A DNA stretch of 64,000 bases, taken from the IMG/VR virus record IMGVR_UViG_3300037755_000591, positions 1-64,000 of that record; one strand, given 5' to 3'. The position numbers and the translations under genes were made by a program. The DNA is from a virus (Duplodnaviria; Caudoviricetes). Below are positions 9,873 through 19,686 of the stretch, piece after piece (positions within the stretch are counted from its first letter, which is position 1; every line of letters starts with the position of its first letter). The notes beneath the pieces are model-generated. The model had not been told where the DNA came from. It saw only the letters and a program-made list of their open reading frames with translations, and searched no databases.

Positions 9873-12800
9873 ATGTCCGACAAAAGTCAAATGTCGTTGT
9901 TGGACTTGTTACAAGTTCAACCAACACCAGCCCAAACGGAAACTATCGTGATCGAAGACAACAAGCCGATTGAGGTTCCTGTTATCTATGATCTTGAAGA
10001 TTCCCCTGAAGATTCCCCTGAAGATTCCCCACCAGCGGGAAAACTCGAATTGCCTGAACTCAAGAGCAATATTATTGTGCGTCCCATCCCAACACCCGAC
10101 GCACACGACGACGAGGAACCGCCAACCCGACGTATCAAGGCGCTGGTGGTGAAGCCTAGCCCATTCGGGAAGCCTACCGTGTCCAAAGCCAAAGAGGAAA
10201 CAGAGACGGCAAAACCCCTCTATGACGGTGTTTTTGAACGGGGTTTGCAGACCCTCGCAGGATTATGCGACGGCGCAATTGCTGATGATGGCATTGGTTT
10301 CAATGCCGCCGACTCCTATACTGGTAAGTCCTATGCCGCCTTGTCCCTAGTCCGTCCCCTCACCAACGCGGAAATTCGTGGCGACGTAGCCAAATGGCTA
10401 GGTAAGTACAAAAACCAACTTGCCGATCATGGCATTATCTTGCCTGAAATCGAATTTGATGAGGCATTGGCAGAGGCAATTAAGCCTATCACCATCGACT
10501 TTGACGGCAAAAATGCTATAACAATTTTTGATTTTAGTTATGAGATCAAAGATAAGGTGAAGTCTATTCCTACCCGCATCTATGACCCTGACAAGAAACA
10601 ATGGGCAATCCCACCGCACGGTTGGGATAAGATGATGGAGATCATCGGGGATATATCGGTTCTGACTCAGGCTATGCAGGATGCACTCAAGAACCCACCA
10701 GCACCACCCCCAAGTATTGAAGAGTCGCGGCGCATATCGTTGGATAAAGACCTTGTGTGTGTTTCGTGGGCAGTATCAGACAAAAACCACGAAACATATC
10801 TGCTCATCGCACGGGATTTGAATGGCATGTTTCAAGGTCGAGCGTGGAATAATGAAGCCAAACAATGGCAGTTCCCTATCGCGTTGATGGATACCGTGTT
10901 GAAACTGTATGCACCGCACCCCTTTGTTGTGGATCAAAGTATTCACAACGCCAAAGAACAGGCGGAAAAAGCCCGTGTCGAGGCGGAACAAGAAAAAGCC
11001 CGCATCGAGGCTGAACGCACAAAGCTACTAGCCGATGTGCGGGTTCAAATGAACAACATCCTTGCCGCCCCCCCTATTCCGAATGACTGGAAACTATTCG
11101 AGCATCAAATCGAAGGCGTGAAGTATCTTGTCGAGAATATGAAAACTATTCTTGGATTCGACATGGGTTTAGGGAAGGCACAGCCTTTATCTGCGAAAAT
11201 CCTTACGCCTGAAGGCTGGAAAACAATGGGGGACATGAGCACAGGACAAGCAATCATTAACTCACAGGGTAGCACGTCGTATGTAACAGGTGTTTTCCCG
11301 CAGGGCGAAAAGGAAATTTATCGTGTCATATTTTCGGACGGCTCTAGCACGGAATGTTGCAACGAACATCTATGGGCAGTTAATAGCGCTAATCGCAGGC
11401 GGCGGGGAAACCCTAATCTCATACGTTCATTGAAGGAAATCACAGAAAGCGGACTGACGGAATCCAATAACAACAAACGTCACTTCATTCCAATCATTAA
11501 GCCCGTTCAGTATGGCAAGAAACCATTGCCGATACCACCCTACTTACTTGGCGTTATCTTGGGCGATGGATGCACCAGTCAGGGCAGCGTTTTTATCAGC
11601 AATCCAGAAGAAAGTATCTTGGAGGAATGTCATCGGCTTTTGCCTGATAATCTCTCTATGAAATATGCAGGGGGAGTGGATTGGCGTATCACATCAGGCA
11701 GGAATCAAGTTAATCATAATTCGCTAATTACAGACCTTAGAACGTTAGGCTTGTATGGTAAATTATCACATGAGAAATTTGTCCCCGAAATCTACATGCG
11801 GGGTTCCATTGAGCAGCGCATAGCACTACTCAATGGGTTAATGGATAGCGACGGCACAAGTGTTAAAAATCGACGGCATCCAACAAAACCTTCTTCTTGT
11901 GTGCAATTCACCAGCACATCTGTACAATTAGCAAATCAAGTCCGCGAGTTGATTGAATCACTTGGCGGAATCGCTACCATGTCAGATAAAATACCAACAT
12001 ACACCTACGACGGTATGAAATTACAAGGCAAGCGGGCCTATACTTTGAATATCGTCATGCCCGTCGATGTTTTACCATTCCGATTCTCGTCTAAACGCCA
12101 TCGTTTTACGCCTCGCATGAAGTACAAGGCGACGAGAGGTATTAAATCAATAGAATACATCGGCAAAAAGCCTGCACAATGTATCAGTGTCGATGCACCT
12201 GATAATCTCTATGTCACTGACCATCACATCATTACACACAACACCGCAATCGCATCATTGGCAGCGCTGGCATACCAACGCGCCAAAAAAGCGCGAGTGT
12301 TTATCGTATCACCTGCCAATGTAAAACACATTTGGGAGCGGTGGTCGAAGCAGTTTGGGGTTCGCGCTGAAATCTTCAGTTGGGCCAAAATGCCCGTACT
12401 CACCATTAAGTACAAGGGGGAGTGGCAGGAAATAACGGATATTAATCCGCGTTCATGGAAAGCTGCTCTCAAAGCTGAAGAGTGGAAACTTGTCCTCGAC
12501 AAGAAAGTTTATGTTTCCAGCAAGGACACACAGCCCTATATTGTTATCGCTGATGAAAGCCACTACGCCCAAAACAGCAAGTCTAAGCGTTCAAGGAAAA
12601 TGGTAGGCTTGTGCAAGAAGGCCATCGGGGCATTTCTGTTATCGGGAACACCCATCCCCAATGGGCGGCCTATTAACCTTGAAGCTCAACTTGAAGCGAT
12701 TGATAGTCCTTTAGTGGAAAATAAAGGTCTCTACCGCAAGCAGTATTGCAATAACGAAAATACACAGAATAGCCGATGGCACGTCAATACCGCCGCCGAA

Positions 12801-13577
12801 AACCTGCTCGAATTGTATTCGCAACTTCAGGCCACGGGAAGCATGTTGCGGCGCACTAAAGAACAGTGCTTGGACTTGCCCGAAAAGATGCGAATTTTCG
12901 AAGGTGTCAATGTGTCCAAGTTTTATCGGGACTTGTATGAACAAAAGTTCCGTGAATTACAGAAGGTCTATGCCGAACGCAAGGAACGGGGTGAAGTTAC
13001 CACCGACAACGCAGACATCATTGTTGCCATGAATAACCTACGAATGGCAGCGAGTCTAGGCAAGGTAGAACGTGCTACCGAAATCGCGCTCAGTGAACTT
13101 GAGGCAGGTAGGCCCGTCCTGATCTTCACCCAATTCCTCGAAACCATCGGGCAATTGCGGACGGCTATCGAGAAGGCAGGCTTTGAGGTTGACGTGATCG
13201 AGGGTAGCACCAGCAGTAAAGACCGTGCCGCCATCGAATTGAAGTATCAGACAGGCGACCCCAAGCCACGATGTTTTATCGGGACAAAAGCGGCAGCCGA
13301 AGGCTTGACACTAACCGATGCTCAAGTGGTGATTTTAGTTGACCGCCACTGGACTCCCGGAAGTGCGCTACAGATGGAAGCCCGTGCAGACCGCACCGGC
13401 CAAAAGAATGCGGTAACAGTGTTCTGGTTACAATTCGGAATCGACGCGAAGGTAGACCCCGTGTTGATCCAAAAACAGGAGAATAGTAACCTGATTATGT
13501 CAGGTATGGCCCACACCATCGAGCATGAACGAGAAGGAAATATCTTGACCACTGCACTCGAATCCCTGTTCTTGTAA
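9873..13577 (+). CDS. SNF2-family (HARP/SMARCAL1-like) helicase, intein-containing
   Basis: DMGLGK|T Walker A, VIADESH, LLSGTP, LRRTKEQ, AAEGLTL, QMEARADRTGQ; two HARP-like segments (RIYDPDKKQWAIP, RAWNNEAKQWQFP). Confidence 0.9.
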   Translation: MSDKSQMSLLDLLQVQPTPAQTETIVIEDNKPIEVPVIYDLEDSPEDSPEDSPPAGKLELPELKSNIIVRPIPTPDAHDDEEPPTRRIKALVVKPSPFGKPTVSKAKEETETAKPLYDGVFERGLQTLAGLCDGAIADDGIGFNAADSYTGKSYAALSLVRPLTNAEIRGDVAKWLGKYKNQLADHGIILPEIEFDEALAEAIKPITIDFDGKNAITIFDFSYEIKDKVKSIPTRIYDPDKKQWAIPPHGWDKMMEIIGDISVLTQAMQDALKNPPAPPPSIEESRRISLDKDLVCVSWAVSDKNHETYLLIARDLNGMFQGRAWNNEAKQWQFPIALMDTVLKLYAPHPFVVDQSIHNAKEQAEKARVEAEQEKARIEAERTKLLADVRVQMNNILAAPPIPNDWKLFEHQIEGVKYLVENMKTILGFDMGLGKAQPLSAKILTPEGWKTMGDMSTGQAIINSQGSTSYVTGVFPQGEKEIYRVIFSDGSSTECCNEHLWAVNSANRRRRGNPNLIRSLKEITESGLTESNNNKRHFIPIIKPVQYGKKPLPIPPYLLGVILGDGCTSQGSVFISNPEESILEECHRLLPDNLSMKYAGGVDWRITSGRNQVNHNSLITDLRTLGLYGKLSHEKFVPEIYMRGSIEQRIALLNGLMDSDGTSVKNRRHPTKPSSCVQFTSTSVQLANQVRELIESLGGIATMSDKIPTYTYDGMKLQGKRAYTLNIVMPVDVLPFRFSSKRHRFTPRMKYKATRGIKSIEYIGKKPAQCISVDAPDNLYVTDHHIITHNTAIASLAALAYQRAKKARVFIVSPANVKHIWERWSKQFGVRAEIFSWAKMPVLTIKYKGEWQEITDINPRSWKAALKAEEWKLVLDKKVYVSSKDTQPYIVIADESHYAQNSKSKRSRKMVGLCKKAIGAFLLSGTPIPNGRPINLEAQLEAIDSPLVENKGLYRKQYCNNENTQNSRWHVNTAAENLLELYSQLQATGSMLRRTKEQCLDLPEKMRIFEGVNVSKFYRDLYEQKFRELQKVYAERKERGEVTTDNADIIVAMNNLRMAASLGKVERATEIALSELEAGRPVLIFTQFLETIGQLRTAIEKAGFEVDVIEGSTSSKDRAAIELKYQTGDPKPRCFIGTKAAAEGLTLTDAQVVILVDRHWTPGSALQMEARADRTGQKNAVTVFWLQFGIDAKVDPVLIQKQENSNLIMSGMAHTIEHEREGNILTTALESLFL
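9996..10031 (+). repeat. 12-bp in-frame tandem repeat (EDSP x3)
   Basis: GAAGATTCCCCT x2 plus GAAGATTCCCCA. Confidence 0.95.
11178..12242 (+). mobile_element. Class-3 intein (355 aa) with LAGLIDADG homing endonuclease
   Basis: Starts AQPLSAKILTP right after GLGK and ends IITHN before Thr; W (EHLW), C (QCISV) and T (THN) triplet; LLGVILGDG and LLNGLMDSDG endonuclease motifs. Confidence 0.9.
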
Positions 13578-13581
13578 ATCT

Positions 13582-13608
13582 AGGTAGGTGGAAACACCTA
13601 CCTTCTTT
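13582..13608 (+). terminator. Rho-independent terminator
   Basis: AGGTAGGTG-GAAA-CACCTACCT 9-bp stem followed by TCTTT. Confidence 0.75.
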
Positions 13609-13634
13609 GCGTTTATCACTATGGAGAAAAAGTA

Positions 13635-13889
13635 ATGAGCAAAAGAAGGCCTTATAACAGTTGTGCAGGCTATGTAGCCAGCCGAAGGAATGAAATCAAT
13701 CGCGGGTGGGTGGTTATCTACAAGGCGAAAGAAGCTGGACTGGATGACAGTGGCGGGAAATATGTTGTGTCCTGCGAAACTCACAATGTTAATGTCAATA
13801 TGTCCAGCATTCCCAAAGCGAGACCCCTCTTGAAAGTTCCCGATTTTTGTGAAGAGTGTATGCGAGGAATCGGAGGGAAAAAGCAATGA
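13635..13889 (+). CDS. Small putative metal-binding protein
   Basis: GGAG RBS; CETH and FCEEC motifs. Confidence 0.6.
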   Translation: MSKRRPYNSCAGYVASRRNEINRGWVVIYKAKEAGLDDSGGKYVVSCETHNVNVNMSSIPKARPLLKVPDFCEECMRGIGGKKQ

Positions 13890-14470
13890 TAAAAATGAAG
13901 CATCACTATAACCAAATGGTGGAAGTAAAAATAAACGAAAACGGCGAAACATTTATCGTTGATGTGCATATCTATAGTGATGGTAAATATCTTCAGCTAA
14001 AATTCTCCAACGTTTTTTTACTGGCTGACGGCTCTCCAGTATCAAGCCCTCCAAAGAATTACGAAGATAATATGTCCCCAGTTTGGAAGATAGAAGAAAT
14101 CATAGGATTCAGGCATATTAAGTGGAGTACTCCTGAATTTCAGGATTTTTTGACGGCAGCAACAACCAACTGGCTTCAGAGCCAGCACGCGATTGTCCCT
14201 AAGCCCACTGTCTGGATCGCGTTGTTCTGTCGGGGTACATACAACCCCGATGACGGACGGGACGGAAAATTTCGCGCATTAGGAACATTCAGTAGCCACT
14301 ATAAGGCGATAAAATTTGTGGAGAATTTTTTCGCGACCGATGCTGCGCTACACCAGACTCAAGGTTGGCAAGTCTATAATGATGGCCAAATCAACTATAT
14401 CAACTGGACAGATGGCAAACACCCGCAATATGCTATGGTTTACTCAACGACAATAGACCCTGAAAGGTAA
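13886..14470 (+). CDS. Hypothetical protein (C-terminal domain paralogous to the next gene)
   Basis: ATGA overlap with the upstream stop; WIALFCRG..YINW motif. Confidence 0.6.
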   Translation: MIKMKHHYNQMVEVKINENGETFIVDVHIYSDGKYLQLKFSNVFLLADGSPVSSPPKNYEDNMSPVWKIEEIIGFRHIKWSTPEFQDFLTAATTNWLQSQHAIVPKPTVWIALFCRGTYNPDDGRDGKFRALGTFSSHYKAIKFVENFFATDAALHQTQGWQVYNDGQINYINWTDGKHPQYAMVYSTTIDPER

Positions 14471-14476
14471 AATTCC

Positions 14477-14761
14477 GTGAACGAGACTAATTACACAAAA
14501 GTCATCTATCCGAGCGGAACTTGGATAGCCTTGTTATGTGAAGGACATTATGCGTGTAGAAATTTTATCTATGAAAAAAATTCTGTGGCACTAGGTCGTC
14601 CCTTTAAATTAAAAGACGCTGCGAGGGGGTGGGTTGAAGAGTATGTCCAGAATGAAGATAGTAGTTGGGAAATTTGCTGCGAAGAGGATTTTCAAGTCGA
14701 ATATATTAATTGGAACATTAATGGGCGTTCTGTCCACGCTCTAGTGTATCAATCATCTTAA
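14477..14761 (+). CDS. Hypothetical protein
   Basis: GTG start after AAGG; WIALLCEG..YINW motif. Confidence 0.6.
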   Translation: MNETNYTKVIYPSGTWIALLCEGHYACRNFIYEKNSVALGRPFKLKDAARGWVEEYVQNEDSSWEICCEEDFQVEYINWNINGRSVHALVYQSS

Positions 14762-14778
14762 CAGAAAGAGGAAACTCG

Positions 14779-15321
14779 ATGAAGAACAACCAAGACCAAT
14801 TTCAATCAGTACTTCCTAATCAGCAACCCATCACCATTCGCCATTTTACAGGTGTCAATATGGTGACACTCGAAATTCCATCCGCAGACGGCACAAATAT
14901 CGGGCGCATTGATTTTTCAGTAAAAAATTTTGCTGACTTTCTCGCCTTCTGCCAGCAATTTTTTGTGGCGCAAGTCGATTATGCTCCGTATCAAGAATGG
15001 CTACTTGGTAAAGATATTGTGTATCAAAAAGACAATGTTCATTGGCGTGCCTTGCCCCCCTTCCCCAATGAACCGCATCCAAATGATCGAGACCCCTTCG
15101 AGGAATACTGGTTCGGCATCGGTAAAGCCGTTGGGTGGGGAATTAATTTTGTAGAAGGGAATGATGATGAGCAAGAAGGTCGATGGCACAGTATATGGGT
15201 AGATTATTTCAAGGAAATGCCTACCACGCGCCTTCAGAAGCCTATTCGCCAAGTATACAATGAGGCATATCAAACGTTCTTGCAAGGCGTTGAGGCCGGT
15301 GATCGGTCACGGTCAACCTGA
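14779..15321 (+). CDS. Hypothetical protein
   Basis: GAGG RBS; 180 aa. Confidence 0.6.
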   Translation: MKNNQDQFQSVLPNQQPITIRHFTGVNMVTLEIPSADGTNIGRIDFSVKNFADFLAFCQQFFVAQVDYAPYQEWLLGKDIVYQKDNVHWRALPPFPNEPHPNDRDPFEEYWFGIGKAVGWGINFVEGNDDEQEGRWHSIWVDYFKEMPTTRLQKPIRQVYNEAYQTFLQGVEAGDRSRST

Positions 15322-15358
15322 ACAGCATGGGGCGATGCGTGGCACGATTTTTGACCAC

Positions 15359-15378
15359 TATTTGAACCTATGCAAATA
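15359..15378 (+). promoter_or_regulatory. 20-bp palindromic site, copy 4
   Basis: TATTTGAAC-CT-ATGCAAATA, intergenic, 38 nt after stop 15321. Confidence 0.7.
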
Positions 15379-15419
15379 ACGAGTATCATTGCCTTAACAA
15401 TGAAATAGGAGATAAGAGC

Positions 15420-16130
15420 ATGGCAATGGACAATCCAAATTTTAAACGAGAAATTTTCCACTACACGAGCGGCGACCTTGCCAGCATGTGGTTTCCCTCA
15501 TTCACGCCCCAAACACAGCGCAAGTACATGCTGGATGTCATTCACCAAATGCGCGAAGCCATTAAAAAAGATGGCTATGCACATTTCACCTATGGCTATC
15601 GCCGCTCCCCGCATGACCCCGAACGCCGATGGCAGATCATCACGGGAGCGTCAGAGATTTATTTTGACGACTCCAAGCAAAGCTACATTGTCGTCATGTC
15701 GAACGTAAATGCGAATAAAGTACAACGCATGATCCGCGAGATTGAAAATCTTAAGGATTATAAGCGTGTTGTCACCAAACTGTCGGGAAGCCAGAGAAAT
15801 TTTTTGGCAACCCTAGAACTCGTTCGCGACGTTGCCGAAACGCAACCATCCGAAACTTATGCGCGGGTGTACTTGACCTTCGATTGGCGACGGCATTTGC
15901 GCCGATACCCGGCTAATCCAAAGACTCCAGATAGCCTTATCAAAAAAGGTTATATCGCCGAGATGGCCATGGCGCGAATCAGCACGGAGGGTCAGGTAAT
16001 CTATGAGTCGGGCGATGTGGAACCAATTTATGTCATTACCACGTCAGGAAGGAAGGCGCTTGGGCAGGATATAGAGGCACTTGAAAAACGGAACGCCAAG
16101 GAATTAGCACAATTTCAGGAGGATAAGTAG
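15420..16130 (+). CDS. Hypothetical protein with C-terminal winged-HTH-like segment
   Basis: GGAGATAA RBS; PDSLIKKGYI..YVITTSGRKAL. Confidence 0.6.
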   Translation: MAMDNPNFKREIFHYTSGDLASMWFPSFTPQTQRKYMLDVIHQMREAIKKDGYAHFTYGYRRSPHDPERRWQIITGASEIYFDDSKQSYIVVMSNVNANKVQRMIREIENLKDYKRVVTKLSGSQRNFLATLELVRDVAETQPSETYARVYLTFDWRRHLRRYPANPKTPDSLIKKGYIAEMAMARISTEGQVIYESGDVEPIYVITTSGRKALGQDIEALEKRNAKELAQFQEDK

Positions 16131-16334
16131 ATGGCTGAAGAGAACTTAGTCGAGGAAAATAAACGGCTGAGGAATATATTGTTGGAGCTAGTGGATGCAA
16201 CCAAACCGTTCATTTGGATTTCAGAAGTTTATGTCTGTCGTACCTGTAAATCTGAAGCGGTTGGGCTAGACAATCTAGAACACGCGGCGGATTGCATATG
16301 GGCAAAAGCAGAAAAGGAATCGACGGTTGGATAA
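16131..16334 (+). CDS. Small Zn-binding hypothetical protein
   Basis: AGGAGG RBS; CRTC..H..DC. Confidence 0.55.
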   Translation: MAEENLVEENKRLRNILLELVDATKPFIWISEVYVCRTCKSEAVGLDNLEHAADCIWAKAEKESTVG

Positions 16335-16393
16335 CGGACATTCTAGGTACGCTCAGATTTGATAACATAAAGCAAACAGATAAGGAGATTAAA

Positions 16394-16585
16394 ATGGCAA
16401 AATGGTTAGTATTATGGGAAGAAAGAAATAAACACACTAATACATGGGATGCACGCCAACGAGAGGTTGAGGCCAAAACCGAAGATGAGGCTCTTGATCT
16501 TGTACTTGGTGGTTATGAGGATTCCGATCTATATAATAACAATCGTTTCGTTGAGGTAATTCCAATCCTTGAAAGCGAGGATTGA
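16394..16585 (+). CDS. Hypothetical protein
   Basis: AAGGAG RBS before ATG 16394. Confidence 0.55.
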   Translation: MAKWLVLWEERNKHTNTWDARQREVEAKTEDEALDLVLGGYEDSDLYNNNRFVEVIPILESED

Positions 16586-16586
16586 A

Positions 16587-16988
16587 ATGGATAACCTATT
16601 GATTTGGTGGTTAAGTCAAGCCGAACACGAGTCTATTGGTCATCCCATAGACTTGTCTCAAGAGGATGAGATTGAATACTGGAAAGAGAAAGTACCAACC
16701 GAGTATCCAAATATCAGCGGTTGTATTGATGTATCGACATGGGATATTCCAGCGTACATCAAGTCTGAGTTCAGTAGCATGGGAGGCCGACCATTGCGAG
16801 GCAGATTATGGGTCGCTCCAGAGATAGACCTGTCAGAGATTGAATGGAACGAACAGGGCGATCACTTAGGGTTAAAAGAACGTGGCGGAATTGTGATTTT
16901 CGAGAAAGATTTGAAGCACATTGCTGATTTGGGTGGAATTGTAACTGATACAAAATTGCGTATCCCATATCGCAAAATCGAGCGGTAA
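16587..16988 (+). CDS. Hypothetical protein
   Basis: GAGG RBS before ATG 16587. Confidence 0.55.
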   Translation: MDNLLIWWLSQAEHESIGHPIDLSQEDEIEYWKEKVPTEYPNISGCIDVSTWDIPAYIKSEFSSMGGRPLRGRLWVAPEIDLSEIEWNEQGDHLGLKERGGIVIFEKDLKHIADLGGIVTDTKLRIPYRKIER

Positions 16989-17020
16989 CAGAATGGGTTT
17001 TATGGAAAGCGAGGATTGAT

Positions 17021-17395
17021 ATGGGTAATAATTCAGCATATACAGATATGGAGGCCGCAGTCATCGGGTTATCAAACAGCCTGAAGGATAATCTAACCAA
17101 AGATATTTTAACCGCAGTCTGTTATATATTTTCACGCTACCCCGATATTGATTCGGGCGGATCGTGGAATTTAACGGACTGGAATGGACGTGACATGGAG
17201 CGCATTGTTATCGAAACATGCCGCCCCGATTTCAACTTCGAACTTGTTCCAACGCCAGAAAACACACCAAACTATGATGAAGAATATTTCTCTGATGAGC
17301 AAAATGTTGAGGATTGGCGTTGGTGGCGTGAAAGTGACGAGTTTGATGCAATCATGAGGCAGTGGCGCGACGAACTTAAGGGTCATGGTTCATAG
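17021..17395 (+). CDS. Hypothetical protein
   Basis: GAGG RBS; 124 aa. Confidence 0.55.
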   Translation: MGNNSAYTDMEAAVIGLSNSLKDNLTKDILTAVCYIFSRYPDIDSGGSWNLTDWNGRDMERIVIETCRPDFNFELVPTPENTPNYDEEYFSDEQNVEDWRWWRESDEFDAIMRQWRDELKGHGS

Positions 17396-17630
17396 GAAGG
17401 GTCGTGAGGTGGTAGCTAAATTCACCGAAACAGAAGTCTACATGGCTAATCGAGTTAATGACATGTTAAGGAAAGCTGAAAGTTACTTATCCATATTCAC
17501 CCGCGATAGTCAGTGGGCTATTGGGTCGTTTATTGACGATGTAGTCTGTCAATCAGATCACTATGGGGATGTTCAAAAAGTAGCTTTCGATGAACTTGAT
17601 CGACTAGGGCGTACAGGAAAAGAGGATTGA
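17385..17630 (+). CDS. Hypothetical protein
   Basis: Overlaps the upstream stop; 81 aa. Confidence 0.5.
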   Translation: MVHRKGREVVAKFTETEVYMANRVNDMLRKAESYLSIFTRDSQWAIGSFIDDVVCQSDHYGDVQKVAFDELDRLGRTGKED

Positions 17631-17631
17631 A

Positions 17632-17838
17632 ATGGAACAACCAGAAGTTTGTATTTTTTGCGGTAGCGACGACATCAATGATGATGGTATTGAGGTGGAT
17701 GTTGATCCTATAGGTTATTGGCACACGGCACATAATGATTTTCGATGTAACGCCTGTAAAGGCATGTGGCAATACAACGCTACAGTTTACATCGAGTTCG
17801 ATTATTCGAAGCCGCAAGTGACTATTCGTGGCGGGTAA
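17632..17838 (+). CDS. Small Zn-ribbon protein
   Basis: CIFCGS..CNAC; GAGG RBS. Confidence 0.6.
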   Translation: MEQPEVCIFCGSDDINDDGIEVDVDPIGYWHTAHNDFRCNACKGMWQYNATVYIEFDYSKPQVTIRGG

Positions 17839-17916
17839 ATAGAAAGGACGGCGCATAGCCGTCCCCATATTCAAGTAATTGCAAGTCCACTAAGTATAAC
17901 ACAGGAGAATAAACCA

Positions 17917-18387
17917 ATGTCTATGTCACCAGATGAATACACACAAAATTTTGCCGACCGATTCTATGTGGCGCGACGAGAGCGCCAAGAAGCCCATCAA
18001 GACTGGACTCCGCAGCTAGGAGAACCCGTCAATGTTTTGTCAAATTTCGAATCATTGCGGGATGATCGATTCGTATACTACGAAGGCTACGTCCTCAGTG
18101 ATGACGACGGCTTGTATAGTATTTATGATGTCATGGCCAAGAAGGTAACATATGCGTGGAAAAGAGAAGAACTCATTCCATCTTCCATGTTTGGCGGTAA
18201 CGCCAAGGACGGGCATGTTTTCATGAAGAATGCGGCAGGCACAACAGTATGTGCCATCACCGTTAAGGGGAAGCAATCAACCTTTATCACCGCCCAATTG
18301 GACGTGGAATTATTTCCCGTCCTCGAACACCTCGTATGGTTCATGTACGTGGTATTTTGGGGGAAGGTGTTCTATGCCGAGAGCTAA
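17917..18387 (+). CDS. Hypothetical protein
   Basis: AGGAG RBS; 156 aa. Confidence 0.55.
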   Translation: MSMSPDEYTQNFADRFYVARRERQEAHQDWTPQLGEPVNVLSNFESLRDDRFVYYEGYVLSDDDGLYSIYDVMAKKVTYAWKREELIPSSMFGGNAKDGHVFMKNAAGTTVCAITVKGKQSTFITAQLDVELFPVLEHLVWFMYVVFWGKVFYAES

Positions 18388-18691
18388 GAAAATCCACGAT
18401 GAAGATATTCCCCACATCGTTCGTTTGTTTCAGCGAGGCTATAGCCAAAAAGCAGTGGCCAAACAATATGATATTTCATCATCAGGACTATCGTCGGCAC
18501 TATGTCGGCGCGGTATCTATGTGAAGAACATTCAAGCCGTTGATGATTATATAGCCGATCATCCAGCACTCGTGACATTGCCGCCACCGAAGCCGCGACG
18601 AGTGCTGATAGAGGTTATCCCGCACAAAAATGGAGTAAGATATGGACGAACGAATAAGACGGCGTTTGCTCAACATCAAAAAACACGTTGA
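18374..18691 (+). CDS. Helix-turn-helix protein
   Basis: IVRLFQRGYSQKAVAKQYDISSSGLSSAL HTH pattern; start moved to ATG 18374 behind GGGAAGG. Confidence 0.65.
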   Translation: MPRAKKIHDEDIPHIVRLFQRGYSQKAVAKQYDISSSGLSSALCRRGIYVKNIQAVDDYIADHPALVTLPPPKPRRVLIEVIPHKNGVRYGRTNKTAFAQHQKTR

Positions 18692-19181
18692 TGCCGGAAC
18701 GGGCAAAGAAAGAGAAGTTGCCAAGCAGAAGCTCAAAGAACTCATGTCCCAGTATAACATCACTGAAGCCGACTTAAAGCCAGAAGCATTAGTGTTTGTC
18801 ACATTATCCTATGGTAATCGGTGGCAACGTCAACTGTTGTATGGCTGTATCTTCAAGGTGCTAAATCAGGCTGAGGTTGGCTACTATCGCGTGAATAATC
18901 GCTCGATAGAGTTAGAAGTCACCCCGCTAGAAGCGGAACAAATAAAACGTCTCTACGAGGCCGTGAAGCGGCGATGGGATGAGGAACTGGATCGCATGAT
19001 AAAGGTATTCATTCAAAAACATAAGTTGTTTTCGGATGATACACCAGTATCAGAAGTTAAACTCAGCCCGGAAGAACTAGCCATGATGCGCCAAATTTAT
19101 CGCTGGATGAAAGATGCACCAGTGATGATGGATAATCTCATGATCGGTGCAGGAGACAAATTTGCATTACCTTCAGGTTAA
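18642..19181 (+). CDS. DUF2786-like protein
   Basis: IRRRLLNIKK..GTGKEREVAKQKLKELMSQYNITEADL N-terminal signature. Confidence 0.7.
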   Translation: MDERIRRRLLNIKKHVDAGTGKEREVAKQKLKELMSQYNITEADLKPEALVFVTLSYGNRWQRQLLYGCIFKVLNQAEVGYYRVNNRSIELEVTPLEAEQIKRLYEAVKRRWDEELDRMIKVFIQKHKLFSDDTPVSEVKLSPEELAMMRQIYRWMKDAPVMMDNLMIGAGDKFALPSG

Positions 19182-19269
19182 TTACTATACGAAAAGCGTC
19201 ACCTTTGCTTGACCCCTGAGCATAAACCCATGTAAACTATCCTAAACGCGATGAATAGGAGGGTTAACT

Positions 19270-19674
19270 ATGTGGATCAAAAATCGGGTGGTTGTAGCAA
19301 TGGTGGCGCTTTTTTTGTTGGCCTTGGGGGGAGTTGGTGGTTATATGTTAGCCAACAGGGATTCGATATCCGAATCCATCACCGCGACTTCTGTGCCTCC
19401 AACCCTCAGTGAAACCGAGATCGAAACACAGAAAGACACGATGAATGATTATTTCATCGAATACATGCAAGAAAATCACTGTGAGCCTACAGAGATACCC
19501 TTCTGGACGAGCGTGATCCACCAGCAGGGATTTTTGATGCAGCTCTACAATAGTTCTTGTGGGGCGGGGTTCGATATAAAAATCACCTGTGCAATGGGAA
19601 ACTTCCTCGATCAACCCACCATCTGCATCGAGGGACATGATAGCCAGTTTTTCATCGAGCAATATTTTGATTGA
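19270..19674 (+). CDS. Secreted or membrane-anchored protein
   Basis: AGGAGG RBS; N-terminal signal/TM segment; upstream TTGACC-18-TAAACT (19209-19238). Confidence 0.65.
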   Translation: MWIKNRVVVAMVALFLLALGGVGGYMLANRDSISESITATSVPPTLSETEIETQKDTMNDYFIEYMQENHCEPTEIPFWTSVIHQQGFLMQLYNSSCGAGFDIKITCAMGNFLDQPTICIEGHDSQFFIEQYFD

Positions 19675-19686
19675 GATTGAGGTAAA

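Noticed and set aside
17868-17887. Eighth palindrome copy (TATTCAAGTAATTGCAAGTC)
   Set aside because: Only about 13/20 matches and lacks the invariant CAAATA; intergenic, so possibly a degenerate site.
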